Source: Opitutaceae bacterium
Lineage (GTDB): Bacteria > Verrucomicrobiota > Verrucomicrobiia > Opitutales > Coraliomargaritaceae
Length of the DNA: 64,000 bases
Assembly: GCA_051252375.1 (NCBI GenBank)
Contig: JBPOFY010000002.1
Coordinates: forward strand, 64,001 to 128,000
Direction: 5' to 3'
Positions within the stretch are counted from its first letter, which is position 1. The number at the start of each line of letters is the position of its first letter. This document shows positions 22,057 through 32,900 of this stretch, piece by piece. Below the pieces are notes generated by a model. That model had not been told where the DNA came from. It searched no databases and was given only the letters and a program-made list of their open reading frames with translations. The position numbers and the translations under genes are program-made.

Positions 22057-24837
22057 ATGAAACCTAGACCCCCAACACAATCCTTATTCACCCTCTCGCT
22101 CATCGCAGTCGCAGCGGGCATGCCCCTCATCGGCAATGCCCAAACCACCTACACCTGGGATGGTAGTGACAGCATCACTTGGAGCACTGGCACCAACTGG
22201 GTCGGCGACGCCGCACCGGTTGCAACTGGCACGCTTGATTTCTCAGGCACCGCTATCGTCAATCAACCGACCGATAACGACATCGCCGCGGCGACGTCCT
22301 TCAATGGCATTACTTTCACCAACGACGGTTCCGTAGGCGTATCTGATCAAGCCTTCACCCTCGACGGTAACAGCATCACGCTCGGTGGCGACATCACCAC
22401 CACCACGACAGTAGTGGACACCCTTGAGGACACCATCGACCTCGATCTGATACTCGACGCGGACCGTAGCATTATACCGAATACCGGCCACGCGCTGACT
22501 ATTAACGGTGACATTAGCGGTGCGTTCAACCTCGCTCTCGGTGTCAACAACGCCACCGGCAAGGCCCTTGTCACCCTCTCTGGTAACAACACCCACACCT
22601 TGACGGCACTCAACCGAAATGCGTCCGTCCGTGTCGAAAGCAACACGGCTCTCGGCGGTGCGGCAAACATGGCACGTAATGCCTCCATCGATCTCGCCAA
22701 TGGCGTTGACCTGACTGCTGCCGGCGGGATTACCCGGGTTGTTACCGGCACCCCCCAACAATCCATCAACCTCGACGAGACGGGCATCGCGTCCGCTTCC
22801 ATCAACGCCAGCACCGGCATCACCAACAACCTTGGCGGTCAATACATGAAACTTATTGTCGGCGATGAAGACACCCTCACGATCAACGGTGCCATCTCAG
22901 GTGTCGGCGATACCCGGAAACAAGGCCTCGGCACTCTTGTGCTGACCAATGCTGGCAACGACTACACGGGCATCTTCAGAGTCAACTTGGGCGCGCTGGC
23001 CATCAGTGGAGCTGGCGTTCTGGGGGACACCACCTCCGTCCTGTTCCTGGACGGCGGAAGCTTGGATCTCGGGACCACTTCCCAAACGGTTGCCACCTTG
23101 AACATCCAGGATTCGGCGGCCAGCGGAGACACCATCTTTAACGGCACCATCAGTGCAAACGGCGACGACTCTGTTCTCGGGTCCGAAATCCCGGGAGCCA
23201 TCAATGCAAGTAACGGCAACGACGTCACTGTCTCCGCCAACCTAGGTGGTGTCGCTAACCCAGGTGGTGCCGTAGACCTCACCAAAACCGGAGCTGGAGT
23301 CCTGACCCTGTCCGGAACCAACACCTACACTGGAACTACAACGTCCAGTGCGGGCTCCTTGGTCGCAACTAGCGCGGCAGCATTCCCCGGCTACACCACC
23401 CCTGGCAACATCATCTTCAACGGTGGCACCATCGGCGTGCAAGTAGCTGGCGCTGGCTGGACACCAACAGAGCTGAGCGACCTTCTCAGCAATGCCACGA
23501 AAACAAGCGGTGGTCTCGGGATCGACACCACTAACGGTGATTTCACTCCGTCAGCGGCCTTCACCCCAGCCACGTTGGGCGCTCTAGGTCTGACTAAGTT
23601 GGGCGCCAATAGCCTGACCTTCGAACTGGCAAATACCTACACTGGCAACACGACCCTCACAGAGGGCACCCTAAACATCAACCACGCCTCCGCGCTTGGC
23701 GATGCTGCCTCCAGCTTCTTCATTGCTGCAGGCACAACGATCGACAACACCAGCGGTGGACCCATCACGCTGACTAATAACAATGCCATAACCCTACCTA
23801 AAGAAGGCTTCACCTTTGGCGGTGCAAGTGATCTGGATCTGGGAACAGGTGCGATTAATCTGCAATTAGCAGACAGTGGTCAAACAAACGTGATTACCCT
23901 AAATGGTACCGGCAGCACATTGACCCTAGGGGCATCTACTTCAGGTGCCCGCGGTTTCAATGTCAGCAGTGCGGTGAATGGCGCGGGGAATACCCTTGTC
24001 TTCGCTTCGCTGGGACTTAACGCCAGAGGGGTCGGCTCGGATAATACTTGGAGCGGTGACGCAGATATCACCGTCAACGGGGCAGTCTCAGATGGAGCAT
24101 CTGGAGCCAACACTCTCATATACAGTGGCACCGGCACATTCACCATCGGTGGTGCCGCTACCTACACTGGCAACACTGACGTGAACAGCGGAACTCTAGC
24201 ACTGGGTGCTGGTGGCAGCCTCTACGACGAAACCAGAGTCACCCTCAATGCTGGACTCATCGAATTGAACAACACAGTCAGTGACACCATCAGAATCCTA
24301 ATTGTAATCGGCGTCAATGCCGATGCCGCACTCCCTAATGGCGTATATGGCTCCACTGCCTCTGGTGCCGACAATGGCGGACTCGGAGTCGGTGCCTTGG
24401 ATGGCTACCTGACCGGCACTGGCACTTTCACCGTCTTCATCCCACCCTATGAAGCCTGGGCAACAAATGCGGTATTCGAAAACGATGCCAATGACGACGG
24501 TGTGAGCAATGGCCTTGCTTGGATCCTTGGCGCAGCGAATATTACTGACAGTGCCCTTCCCTTACTGCCGGATAGTGCTGTAAGCACTGGCGACCTAGTC
24601 ATGACGTTCACAATGGTGGATCCAATCGCTCCAGCCACGCTCTCCCTTGAATACTCCAACGACCTTACAGGTGCTTGGACTTCAGTAACAGTCCCAACCG
24701 TCACTAGCACAGTAGGTGACGTCGATTTCGTCATCGTCGACAACACTGGCACACTCACGGTCACAGCCACGATCGATTCGACCGCAGCGTCGGCGAGCGG
24801 TGAGCTATTCGGTCGCCTCTCGGCTACTGAAAACTAA
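22057..24837 (+). CDS. Secreted autotransporter-associated beta-strand repeat protein
   Basis: Repeats LTKTGAGVLTLSGTNTYTGTT, LTKLGANSLTFELANTYTGNTTLTEGTL and GTGTFTIGGAATYTGNT; signal peptide; no C-terminal autotransporter barrel. Confidence 0.88.
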   Translation: MKPRPPTQSLFTLSLIAVAAGMPLIGNAQTTYTWDGSDSITWSTGTNWVGDAAPVATGTLDFSGTAIVNQPTDNDIAAATSFNGITFTNDGSVGVSDQAFTLDGNSITLGGDITTTTTVVDTLEDTIDLDLILDADRSIIPNTGHALTINGDISGAFNLALGVNNATGKALVTLSGNNTHTLTALNRNASVRVESNTALGGAANMARNASIDLANGVDLTAAGGITRVVTGTPQQSINLDETGIASASINASTGITNNLGGQYMKLIVGDEDTLTINGAISGVGDTRKQGLGTLVLTNAGNDYTGIFRVNLGALAISGAGVLGDTTSVLFLDGGSLDLGTTSQTVATLNIQDSAASGDTIFNGTISANGDDSVLGSEIPGAINASNGNDVTVSANLGGVANPGGAVDLTKTGAGVLTLSGTNTYTGTTTSSAGSLVATSAAAFPGYTTPGNIIFNGGTIGVQVAGAGWTPTELSDLLSNATKTSGGLGIDTTNGDFTPSAAFTPATLGALGLTKLGANSLTFELANTYTGNTTLTEGTLNINHASALGDAASSFFIAAGTTIDNTSGGPITLTNNNAITLPKEGFTFGGASDLDLGTGAINLQLADSGQTNVITLNGTGSTLTLGASTSGARGFNVSSAVNGAGNTLVFASLGLNARGVGSDNTWSGDADITVNGAVSDGASGANTLIYSGTGTFTIGGAATYTGNTDVNSGTLALGAGGSLYDETRVTLNAGLIELNNTVSDTIRILIVIGVNADAALPNGVYGSTASGADNGGLGVGALDGYLTGTGTFTVFIPPYEAWATNAVFENDANDDGVSNGLAWILGAANITDSALPLLPDSAVSTGDLVMTFTMVDPIAPATLSLEYSNDLTGAWTSVTVPTVTSTVGDVDFVIVDNTGTLTVTATIDSTAASASGELFGRLSATEN

Positions 24838-24892
24838 GATTTGATTCGGTAAGCCCGCGATTACCCCTGATCGCGGACTTCAACAATCATCT

Positions 24893-24926
24893 AAAGGTCC
24901 CGGCTTAACAGCCGGGGCCTTTTTTT
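24893..24926 (+). terminator. Intrinsic terminator
   Basis: AAAGGTCCCGGC-TTAACA-GCCGGGGCCTTTTTTT. Confidence 0.85.
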
Positions 24927-25060
24927 GGGGGTTCATCGTCGACTATCGGGGAAAGGGAGGTATCGAGCCACTGATTTCGCCCCATGCCACAGCCGCAGAG
25001 CGTCGTGAATGTGATTGCGGATGAACCTGGATTTCTCGGCAATCTTAGACTCTGTTTTTC

Positions 25061-25243
25061 TTTAACCACGGATGAACACAGATAAACACGGATCGAGATG
25101 ACTTCGCCCGCGGTTCAATTCATTTCATTCATTCCCATATGGCGGGACTAAGAAGCATTCCCACCTAAGCTCTCGCGTGCTTTGGAGGTCAATGCCAGTA
25201 CACTTTCAATATCTGTGTCGATCGGTGTTCATCCGTGGTTAAA
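25061..25243. repeat. 183-bp non-coding element bounded by 33-bp imperfect inverted repeats (MITE/REP-like)
   Basis: Left arm TTTAACCACGGATGAACACAGATAAACACGGAT (25061-25093); right arm ATCTGTGTCGATCGGTGTTCATCCGTGGTTAAA (25211-25243). Confidence 0.8.
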
Positions 25244-25584
25244 ACATGCTTCGCCCTCTACGGCATATCTGCGTCGTGGGCGATGAAGCCGAACCTAAGT
25301 CTACTTCCGAATTTAGGATTATCAACGGGGTCTCCTAAGTGAAACGCAGTCACATGCCATCAATAGAAAAAAGGCTCCAACTCGAGTAAGCTATGCCTTC
25401 TTCGCGAAACCTTAGCGCTTCTTAGCGGGTAATTCTCAGATAGTTGAAGAGCAGTTATATCACTGGCATCGCTGTAATCGACGATGAACCTTTTTTGCCG
25501 AACGATTGCCGACCGAGTCCTCACTAGTCATGCTACGTATCCCCTCAAGACACTCTCCGAAAGTGCTTATTCATACGAATCGAC

Positions 25585-26001
25585 TCATGATGCGCACAAC
25601 TCGGGGTGTAGCATCCAATGGCTATCGGGCGAATTGATTTCCTGATCCAGTTTTATTATCTGAGCAATCAGCTCAGAGTCCGGATGTTGCTCCTTATAGC
25701 CTGCGATTTCCAGAGCAATGCCATGCAGTTGCCACATGACCACCGTCAAGCGGTGTTTAATTTCAAACAGTTCATGCTCTAAGTTATTGATGAACTCTAT
25801 AAGATGACAACGGATGCCCATAGGAGTCCATATCTCCTCCACGATCGCATTTATGATTTTTTTAACCCGCACCTTTAGATGCGGGAGATATAAGGGAGAT
25901 GGCGTAATTAACATTCCTCGCTTCGGATATCTCGCTTTAGCGAATTCACATTGTCTGTCGAATGCGATTGGAGCGACTAGTTCTGCTTCTGGAATGATCA
26001 T
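25585..26001 (-). CDS. Hypothetical protein
   Basis: 138-aa ATG ORF, co-oriented with the upstream signalling cluster. Confidence 0.5.
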   Translation of the reverse strand: MIIPEAELVAPIAFDRQCEFAKARYPKRGMLITPSPLYLPHLKVRVKKIINAIVEEIWTPMGIRCHLIEFINNLEHELFEIKHRLTVVMWQLHGIALEIAGYKEQHPDSELIAQIIKLDQEINSPDSHWMLHPELCAS

Positions 26002-26063
26002 ACTTTTTTGGGGTTAGGCGGATGATTATAGTAAAAATGACTATTGCATAGATTTGTTCTAAA

Positions 26064-26507
26064 TTAATTGGAGGTTCCCGTTTTGGCCGTGGAGGAAAAC
26101 TCGGTGCCGCGCTGCTGCGCGAACGCACGCAGCGACTCGGCCGAGACTTCACTGCAATACGGGGCAGAACGTTGTGCAAAAATCGTGCAATTCTGGCCAT
26201 GGTTTCGTTTGTTCCACTTCTCGACCATATAATTCAACTCCGGCGAGAAAACGGATTGGCCATGGCAACTAAACACCATCGTTAGCAAATCAGCATCCTC
26301 TAAATCCTTTAGGGCATCTGCCCAGCACCCAGGCAATTCAAGAATATCCAAACGCCAAAGGCGCAAATCAAATTCAAAGAGTTGGTCGAACTCAGCGTTC
26401 GCACGATCCAGTGTGTTTTTCAAGCGGACAGCAGTTTCTGCACGATCATAGACGACAAAAATTGTCAGTTTTGTTAACTTACTTGCGAGTTCAGAGTTTA
26501 ATTTCAT
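26064..26507 (-). CDS. Hypothetical alpha/beta protein, possibly a degenerate receiver-like domain
   Basis: IFVVYD ... LWRLDIL ... DADLLTMVF pattern; downstream of the NarL regulator. Confidence 0.6.
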   Translation of the reverse strand: MKLNSELASKLTKLTIFVVYDRAETAVRLKNTLDRANAEFDQLFEFDLRLWRLDILELPGCWADALKDLEDADLLTMVFSCHGQSVFSPELNYMVEKWNKRNHGQNCTIFAQRSAPYCSEVSAESLRAFAQQRGTEFSSTAKTGTSN

Positions 26508-26611
26508 ATCAGCATTTTGGTTAAGGATTATGTGCAGAATAATACACTAAAGCCTAACTCCTGAGAATTGGGCAACATACGCTTCTTGAACCAGCACTCA
26601 CATTAGGCCCC

Positions 26612-26628
26612 CTAGGTGAAAAACCTAG
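26612..26628. promoter_or_regulatory. Palindromic operator candidate (NarL/LuxR-type)
   Basis: CTAGGT-GAAAA-ACCTAG between the regulator gene and the next gene. Confidence 0.4.
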
Positions 26629-26733
26629 AGCCCATCATCCAGTTTCCTACGATTTAATGGTGCATTAGGACCACTTTCTTAGCGTGCACCGAAGTGATGT
26701 GCATATCATCGCCTGCTATACTAGGCTTAATGA

Positions 26734-27435
26734 CTATGATGCCGAAGTGCCACCCTCAGCATATTGAACCGCATAGCGGATTAGTTCCGCAGATGATTTC
26801 AGCTCTAACTTATGGCAAATGTTATTACGATGTGCGCCGACCGTCTTTGGGCTAATACTCAAGAGTTTAGCAATCTCCCCCGAGGTATTCCCTCGCCCAT
26901 ATGCTTGTAGAATCTCAAACTCCCGATCGGTCAATGCAGCCACAGGCGACTGGTGCCCTTTGGCTCGTCCCGCATACTCCGCCATCACCTGATTGGTCAC
27001 TTGTCGACTAAACGCAGAACCACCAGCCAGCACTTCTTTAATCGCGAGGACAACCTCTGCACCGCCTTCCTTTTTCATCACATAGCCACGTGCACCCGCA
27101 CGCATCGAGCGCATAGCATAGACGGATTCATCATACATGGAGAGCATGATCACTGGTATGTTTGAGTGAAGCGCCTTCAAGTCTTTCAGTAATTCAAGAC
27201 CACTGTGTGAGCCCAGGCCGATGTCACAGAGCACCAAGTCCGGCTTCAGTTGACTGACGGCCTTCATGCCTTTTGCGGCATCGCTAGCTTCACCGCAAAC
27301 ATCCAAATGGGGATCGCTGTTGATCCATCTGGCAATCCCCTCACGCATAAGCGGATGATCATCAATAATCAGAATGCGTGCAGCGAGGGCTTTAGTCTCC
27401 CCGCTATGATCAGTCGTTTTAGTTATATTTCCCAT
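26734..27435 (-). CDS. NarL/FixJ family response regulator
   Basis: ILIIDDHPLMREG, LVLCDIGL, GARGYVMK, LTDREFEIL, ISPKTVGAHRNNICHKL. Confidence 0.93.
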   Translation of the reverse strand: MGNITKTTDHSGETKALAARILIIDDHPLMREGIARWINSDPHLDVCGEASDAAKGMKAVSQLKPDLVLCDIGLGSHSGLELLKDLKALHSNIPVIMLSMYDESVYAMRSMRAGARGYVMKKEGGAEVVLAIKEVLAGGSAFSRQVTNQVMAEYAGRAKGHQSPVAALTDREFEILQAYGRGNTSGEIAKLLSISPKTVGAHRNNICHKLELKSSAELIRYAVQYAEGGTSAS

Positions 27436-27455
27436 GCTTCAAGTCAGTAGAATGT

Positions 27456-29858
27456 TTAGCCTTCATCTAAGGGATTTGCGTCTGGTGAATACGGAAGCGT
27501 GCACACCACTTCGGTGCCACCGTTAGCTCCGCGTTGGACGATCAGTGACCCATCAACAGCATCTGATCGTGACTGCATGATGCGCAATCCAGTTCCATGT
27601 GTTGAACCTTTCCGCTCGATTCGTCCATTGCCGTCGTCTTGAATTCCTAGTAGAATACGTCCGTTGCCTAGCTTTAGCCGAACAGTAATCCGTGTGCACT
27701 TTGAATGCTTCACTGCATTTGTCACAGCCTCTTGCGCGATACGGAAGAGGTGCGTGGCAATCTCCGGATCAGACACTTCGATTGGTTCTGGGCATATAAA
27801 TCGGCAACTTAGCCCATACAGTTTACGCACACGGGCAAGGTGCTCACGCAGCACACTCACGAGCCCCTCTGGAACTGGTGGCACTGGATGAAGACCGCGT
27901 GCCAAGTTGCGGGCAGTCGTCATCGCCCGATGAATGTTCTCGGTAATCTGTGCCAGCGACTTCGCCTCGACCTGCCCCTGAGCTTCCATCCGTGATTGCA
28001 ATTCCGTGGCAATATAATGCACACCATGCAATATCTGCCCAAGATCGTCATGCAACTCACGTCCAACTTGTTGGCGTTCACGCTCGCTGACATCCAGCAT
28101 TTGATATTCCAACTCAATGCGCCGCGTAATGTTACGGATAAACAAATCCATACGCTGCAAGCGTCCCTCTTCTCTGATTGCGATGGCATCAATCAATACA
28201 TGGGCAATCGCCCCACTTTCTCGACGCAATCGAGCCCTCTGATCACGAACGACCTCACCTCGCTCTAGAGCGGAAAGAATCCCCACCAATTCTTCTCCGG
28301 CATCGAACTCCACAATGTTATGCCCCAGCACGGCTCCCCGGGGATGACCAAACATTTTCAATTGCGACTGATTGACTCGTAAAATTCGACCATCATGTTC
28401 AAGCCCAACTAACCCTATCGGAGCACTTTCGAAAAACGATGCCAGCGTCGTCTCACTGCGCTGTAGCTCTTCCTCCGCTTGTCGACGTAGACTGATATCA
28501 TTCACCAGAATAATCAGATGAGAATCATACGGTAACTTAGAGACGACTTCATGCACCCAGATGGTATGGCCATTCTTATGCATGTCACGATACTCAGTCT
28601 CAACAGACTCAGCCTTCTGACTCTTTAACAGACGCTGCTCCATTTGTTGATGCCGTTTTCGATCCTCAGGATGAATCAAGGACGAATAAAGCATCTCTCG
28701 TAATTCCTCTTCACTGTAACCAGTGATCCGTGAGTAAACTGGATTACACTGAACGATCTTCCCTTCCTTATCGATAATTGCAATACCCGTAGGCGCATAC
28801 TCGTAGATCCGCCGAAACTTTTCTTCGCTCAAACGCAGCGCATTGGTCTGTTCGGCGACTTGCTCTGTCAGTGTATCGTTGAGTAGTCGGACTTCATCTT
28901 CAGCCTGCTTGCGCACGGTAACATCATGCCCCACCACGACCAAACCACTGATCTGTCCATCGGTTTCCCTGAGTGGGACCTTAATCATTTCAAAATGCCT
29001 AATTGAGCCGTCAGCTGCTACAAAAGTCTTTTCGTGGCAGAGAGGAACGCCGCTGTTACGGACTTCTGCATCACTCAGCGCGCAAGCCTTAAGCGCTTCA
29101 CTTGCAGCTGGAATGATCGCGGCTAATTCCAAGTCCGTGCGCCCCTGCCACTCGATATCCTTAAGCCCAAACTTACGCAAAGCCTGAGTGTTAGCAACCA
29201 ACCAACGACCTTCAGCATCCTTGAACTGAACAGTATCAGGAATCGTTTGTATCAAGCTAGATAAGCGCAACTCACTGAGCTGCAGTGCTGCTTCGTTCAC
29301 TTTACGCTCTGTTAGGTCGTTGAGGACACAACGTAATTCCTGGTCACCCGTCGCACGGTCGCGCACGCAGACTGTCTTCAGCTCAACAAACCGTGCGCTT
29401 CCGGTCGCCGGAGAAAGCAGCAACTCGCACTTTTCAGTGTCACCACTCTTCATTACTGATTGTTGATGCAGGTAGAACATATCCTGATATTCAGGTGCGA
29501 TGAAATGAGTGAGCAACTTACCATGCAATAGTTGGCGCTCAGCCCCTAATAGCGTGGCTGCACGAAGGTTTGCCTGCTCAATCGAAAGATCCGGCCGAAG
29601 CGTCAAATAGCCAACAGGGGCAAAATCATAAAGATCTGCATAACGATCACGTGAATCGGCTAGCTCCAATTGTGCTTCACGCAATTCCTCATTTTGCATA
29701 TGCAACTCGACTTGATGCACATGGAGATCCTGCACCAAGCGCCGAACATCCTCATCCTGCAGCTGTTCCAAATCAGCAGGAATGTATGGTGTAACAGCAG
29801 CCTCCGCCCTTTTACGTAGCGTGCTTGCTCCTTTGCGAGTCGAGCCTTTCAAACTCAT
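27456..29858 (-). CDS. Cytoplasmic multi-PAS histidine kinase (HisKA_3)
   Basis: N-terminal coiled coil HQVELHMQNEELREAQ, about four PAS domains, ERQQVGRELHDDLGQ, FRIAQEAVTNAVKHS, GTGLRIM. Confidence 0.92.
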   Translation of the reverse strand: MSLKGSTRKGASTLRKRAEAAVTPYIPADLEQLQDEDVRRLVQDLHVHQVELHMQNEELREAQLELADSRDRYADLYDFAPVGYLTLRPDLSIEQANLRAATLLGAERQLLHGKLLTHFIAPEYQDMFYLHQQSVMKSGDTEKCELLLSPATGSARFVELKTVCVRDRATGDQELRCVLNDLTERKVNEAALQLSELRLSSLIQTIPDTVQFKDAEGRWLVANTQALRKFGLKDIEWQGRTDLELAAIIPAASEALKACALSDAEVRNSGVPLCHEKTFVAADGSIRHFEMIKVPLRETDGQISGLVVVGHDVTVRKQAEDEVRLLNDTLTEQVAEQTNALRLSEEKFRRIYEYAPTGIAIIDKEGKIVQCNPVYSRITGYSEEELREMLYSSLIHPEDRKRHQQMEQRLLKSQKAESVETEYRDMHKNGHTIWVHEVVSKLPYDSHLIILVNDISLRRQAEEELQRSETTLASFFESAPIGLVGLEHDGRILRVNQSQLKMFGHPRGAVLGHNIVEFDAGEELVGILSALERGEVVRDQRARLRRESGAIAHVLIDAIAIREEGRLQRMDLFIRNITRRIELEYQMLDVSERERQQVGRELHDDLGQILHGVHYIATELQSRMEAQGQVEAKSLAQITENIHRAMTTARNLARGLHPVPPVPEGLVSVLREHLARVRKLYGLSCRFICPEPIEVSDPEIATHLFRIAQEAVTNAVKHSKCTRITVRLKLGNGRILLGIQDDGNGRIERKGSTHGTGLRIMQSRSDAVDGSLIVQRGANGGTEVVCTLPYSPDANPLDEG

Positions 29859-29948
29859 GGATTAACTGAAACAGAGTCTGAGCTAAAGATCAACCCCACA
29901 GTGCCAATTCAGCCAGTGAAAGAGGGCAAAACCTGCCCTGAAATAGCC

Positions 29949-32900
29949 TCAGCTTTTATCAATAGACTGTTTAGTCTGATGCTCTGCAGATTCAAAGATT
30001 TCAGCTGCTTGCTGAGCCAATAAATCCATCAAATGGACCGCACGATCTGTCGATTCATGCGGCATTTTATGACATGTGGAAATGACGCCAAATAGCTTAC
30101 CCGTATGACTGATCAGAGGTGTGCTCTCAACCACTTGCACCCCCACATCCATCAAATCATCAACTAATGACGTATCTGCAAAATACTTGCACTTTTCCAC
30201 CGAATCCACAATCACACGCTCACCTCTTTTGAGTGCCATCCAAAATGAGCTCTGATCCAGTTCGACCTGATCACACTTGCGCAACCAAGACTGTTTAAAG
30301 CCACGCTGCTCCAGCACTTTCAACTTGCCGGTAGTGATATCAACCCGCTGCAAATACCCCATATCAGCCTGGCTAATCGAGATCGCCGCATCGAGGACTT
30401 CTTCAAAAATCGCCTCTGTCACACCCTCCAATAAGAAGAGAGTGCCGATCTTATGCAACTGACGCATCGCCTTCAAATCCGCCGCCAAATGTTCTTTGGC
30501 TTGAGAGAGTTTCCATTCAGCGGTCTTCACGCGATGAATATCAACGAAGGTAATCACTAGGCCATCAATAGAGTTTTCGGCAGTGCGGTAAGGCATCATC
30601 CGCATCAGATACCAGCGACCATCCTTACGCCGAATTTCGGCAGTCTTATAGTTGAGCGTGCGTAGCACATCCCGACCATCAGCCGCAAGTTCACTGTAAT
30701 CCATGTTGGATGCCAAATCATCCAAGGGTCGGCCGATATCGGATTGGATCAGTTTCACCAAGTCTTTCGCACCTTCTGTGAAGCGCTTTACCTTCAAATC
30801 GTTATCCAAAAAGATAGTCGCGATTTCGGTGTTATTGAGCAGATTCTGCATATCGCTGTTTACGCGAGTGAGATCTTCAATCTTTGAGGTTAACTCCGTA
30901 TTCACAGTCGTGAGCTCTTCATTCAAGGACTGCATCTCTTCCTTGGATGTTTCCAGCTCCTCATTGGAGCTCTGCAGCTCTTCGTTGGTCGATTGAAGTT
31001 CTTCATTGGTGGACTTGAGTTCCTCATTCGAAGTCTCCAGCTCCTCAATCGTCGTGCGCAGATATTCCTTTGTGTGAAGTAGTTCCTGCTCTAGCTCCAG
31101 CGTCTTATCCTGATGCGGATCGCTGTCCCCAGCCTCACCGACCTTGGTAGCAATAACCGCAGGGGAACAAGGTTGAAAGGCTACCAGAAACAGGCCACGT
31201 AGTGATTCCGGTTCAAGTATACGCTGAACTGTTAGATCAATATAAATGCTTTCACCATTGGACTCAATACGCACGGACTCACGTTTCGTCATGCCAGACT
31301 TACCGCTGGCATTGCGTAGCGCAGAGGCCAACTCGAGCTTCAAGCCCTCACGAGCCATATCATAAATATTCAACCGCGCCTGACCCGCAGCAGGTTCGAG
31401 ATAGGCACCGGTGCGTCCGTAGATGAAGACGATCTCACCGCGGTCATTGACCACCACACTGGCCGGTGCGAATTGCTTCAGTAGCAATTTATCAATGAGC
31501 GATGTAATCCCCATCGGCCGTGCTTTGTCTGCCGCTCGATCGACTTGAACTTGTAGCTCCTGACGCGCACCGACCGCTACGCTCGGAAAATCAACCAAAC
31601 TATGGATTTTCGACGGTGCTTCTTTGCGACGGTATATTTTCCACTTTCGATCCACGACTTCGAAAAGATCTGAAAACGAACCAATCGTTTCAGACGGACC
31701 GATAAAAAGCAGCCCTCCCGGCTTCAACGCATAGTGAAAAATTGGAAACAACTTTTTCTGCAGATCCGAGTTCAAGTAAATTAGAAGATTTCGACAGGAG
31801 ATGAAATCGAGTTTCGTAAACGGCGGGTCTTTGATCACGTTCTGCACCGCAAAGACAACCATCTCGCGGATGTTCTTTTGAATATGGAAGGCATTGTCCT
31901 TGAGCGCAAAAAAACGTTTCAGTCGATCCGGCTCCACGTCCACGGCAATCCCTTCAGGGTAACGCCCAGCACGAGCAGTCTCAATCGCTGCACTGTCTAA
32001 GTCAGTGCCGAAGATCTGCACATCTGCACTACTGGGTATGTCGGCCAGGCATTCCCTCAGCAGGATAGCCAAAGAGTAAGCTTCCTCACCGGTTGCACAA
32101 CCCGGCACCCATGCACGCAGGTTTGTGTTTTCGGGGTGCTTACGCAGTTGATTCGGCAGTATTTTCTTACGCAATACTTCAAACGATTCTGGGTCCCGAA
32201 AGAATTTTGTCACACTAATCAGCAGTTCCTTAAAGAGAATATCGATCTCGTGCGGATTTTCCTGAAGATATTGAACATAATGATCCGGGTCAGTAATCGC
32301 GTGGATATTTAATCTACGTTCAATACGGCGTGTCACTGTGCTCATTTTATAAGCTGAAAAATCGTGCCCCGTCCGCGAACGTATCAGCACAAAGATCTTA
32401 CGCATCGAAGCAGACAATCGCTCGTTTTTTTGCTCATCAGCGACTTCCTTCGCGTAAGGGCTACGCATGTAGCGGACTAATTGATCCGGCATCTCTGGAG
32501 GAGACAGCACAAAATCAGCAATCCCACTAGAGATCGCACTGCCAGGCATCCCAGCATACTTGGCGGACTCAAGGTTCTGCACCATCGTCATTCCTGACTC
32601 CCCCTTAATTGCCTGCAAGCCCAAGGTCCCATCTGAACCAGTTCCTGAAAGTATAATGCCCACCGCATGCTCCTTTTGGTCCTCGGCCAATGATCGGAAA
32701 AAATGATCAATCGGCAGACGCGGGCTTTGCGGGATATCCGCATCCACACGAAACACGACGCCATTAAGGATATCAAGCACCCCGCCCGGAGGCGCGACAT
32801 AGACATGGTTTTTCTCAACCTGTATCCGATCAGAAATCTCGACAACAGGTAGCTCGGTCTGCCTCGACAACAATTCAGGGAGCATACTGACACGTCCTGG

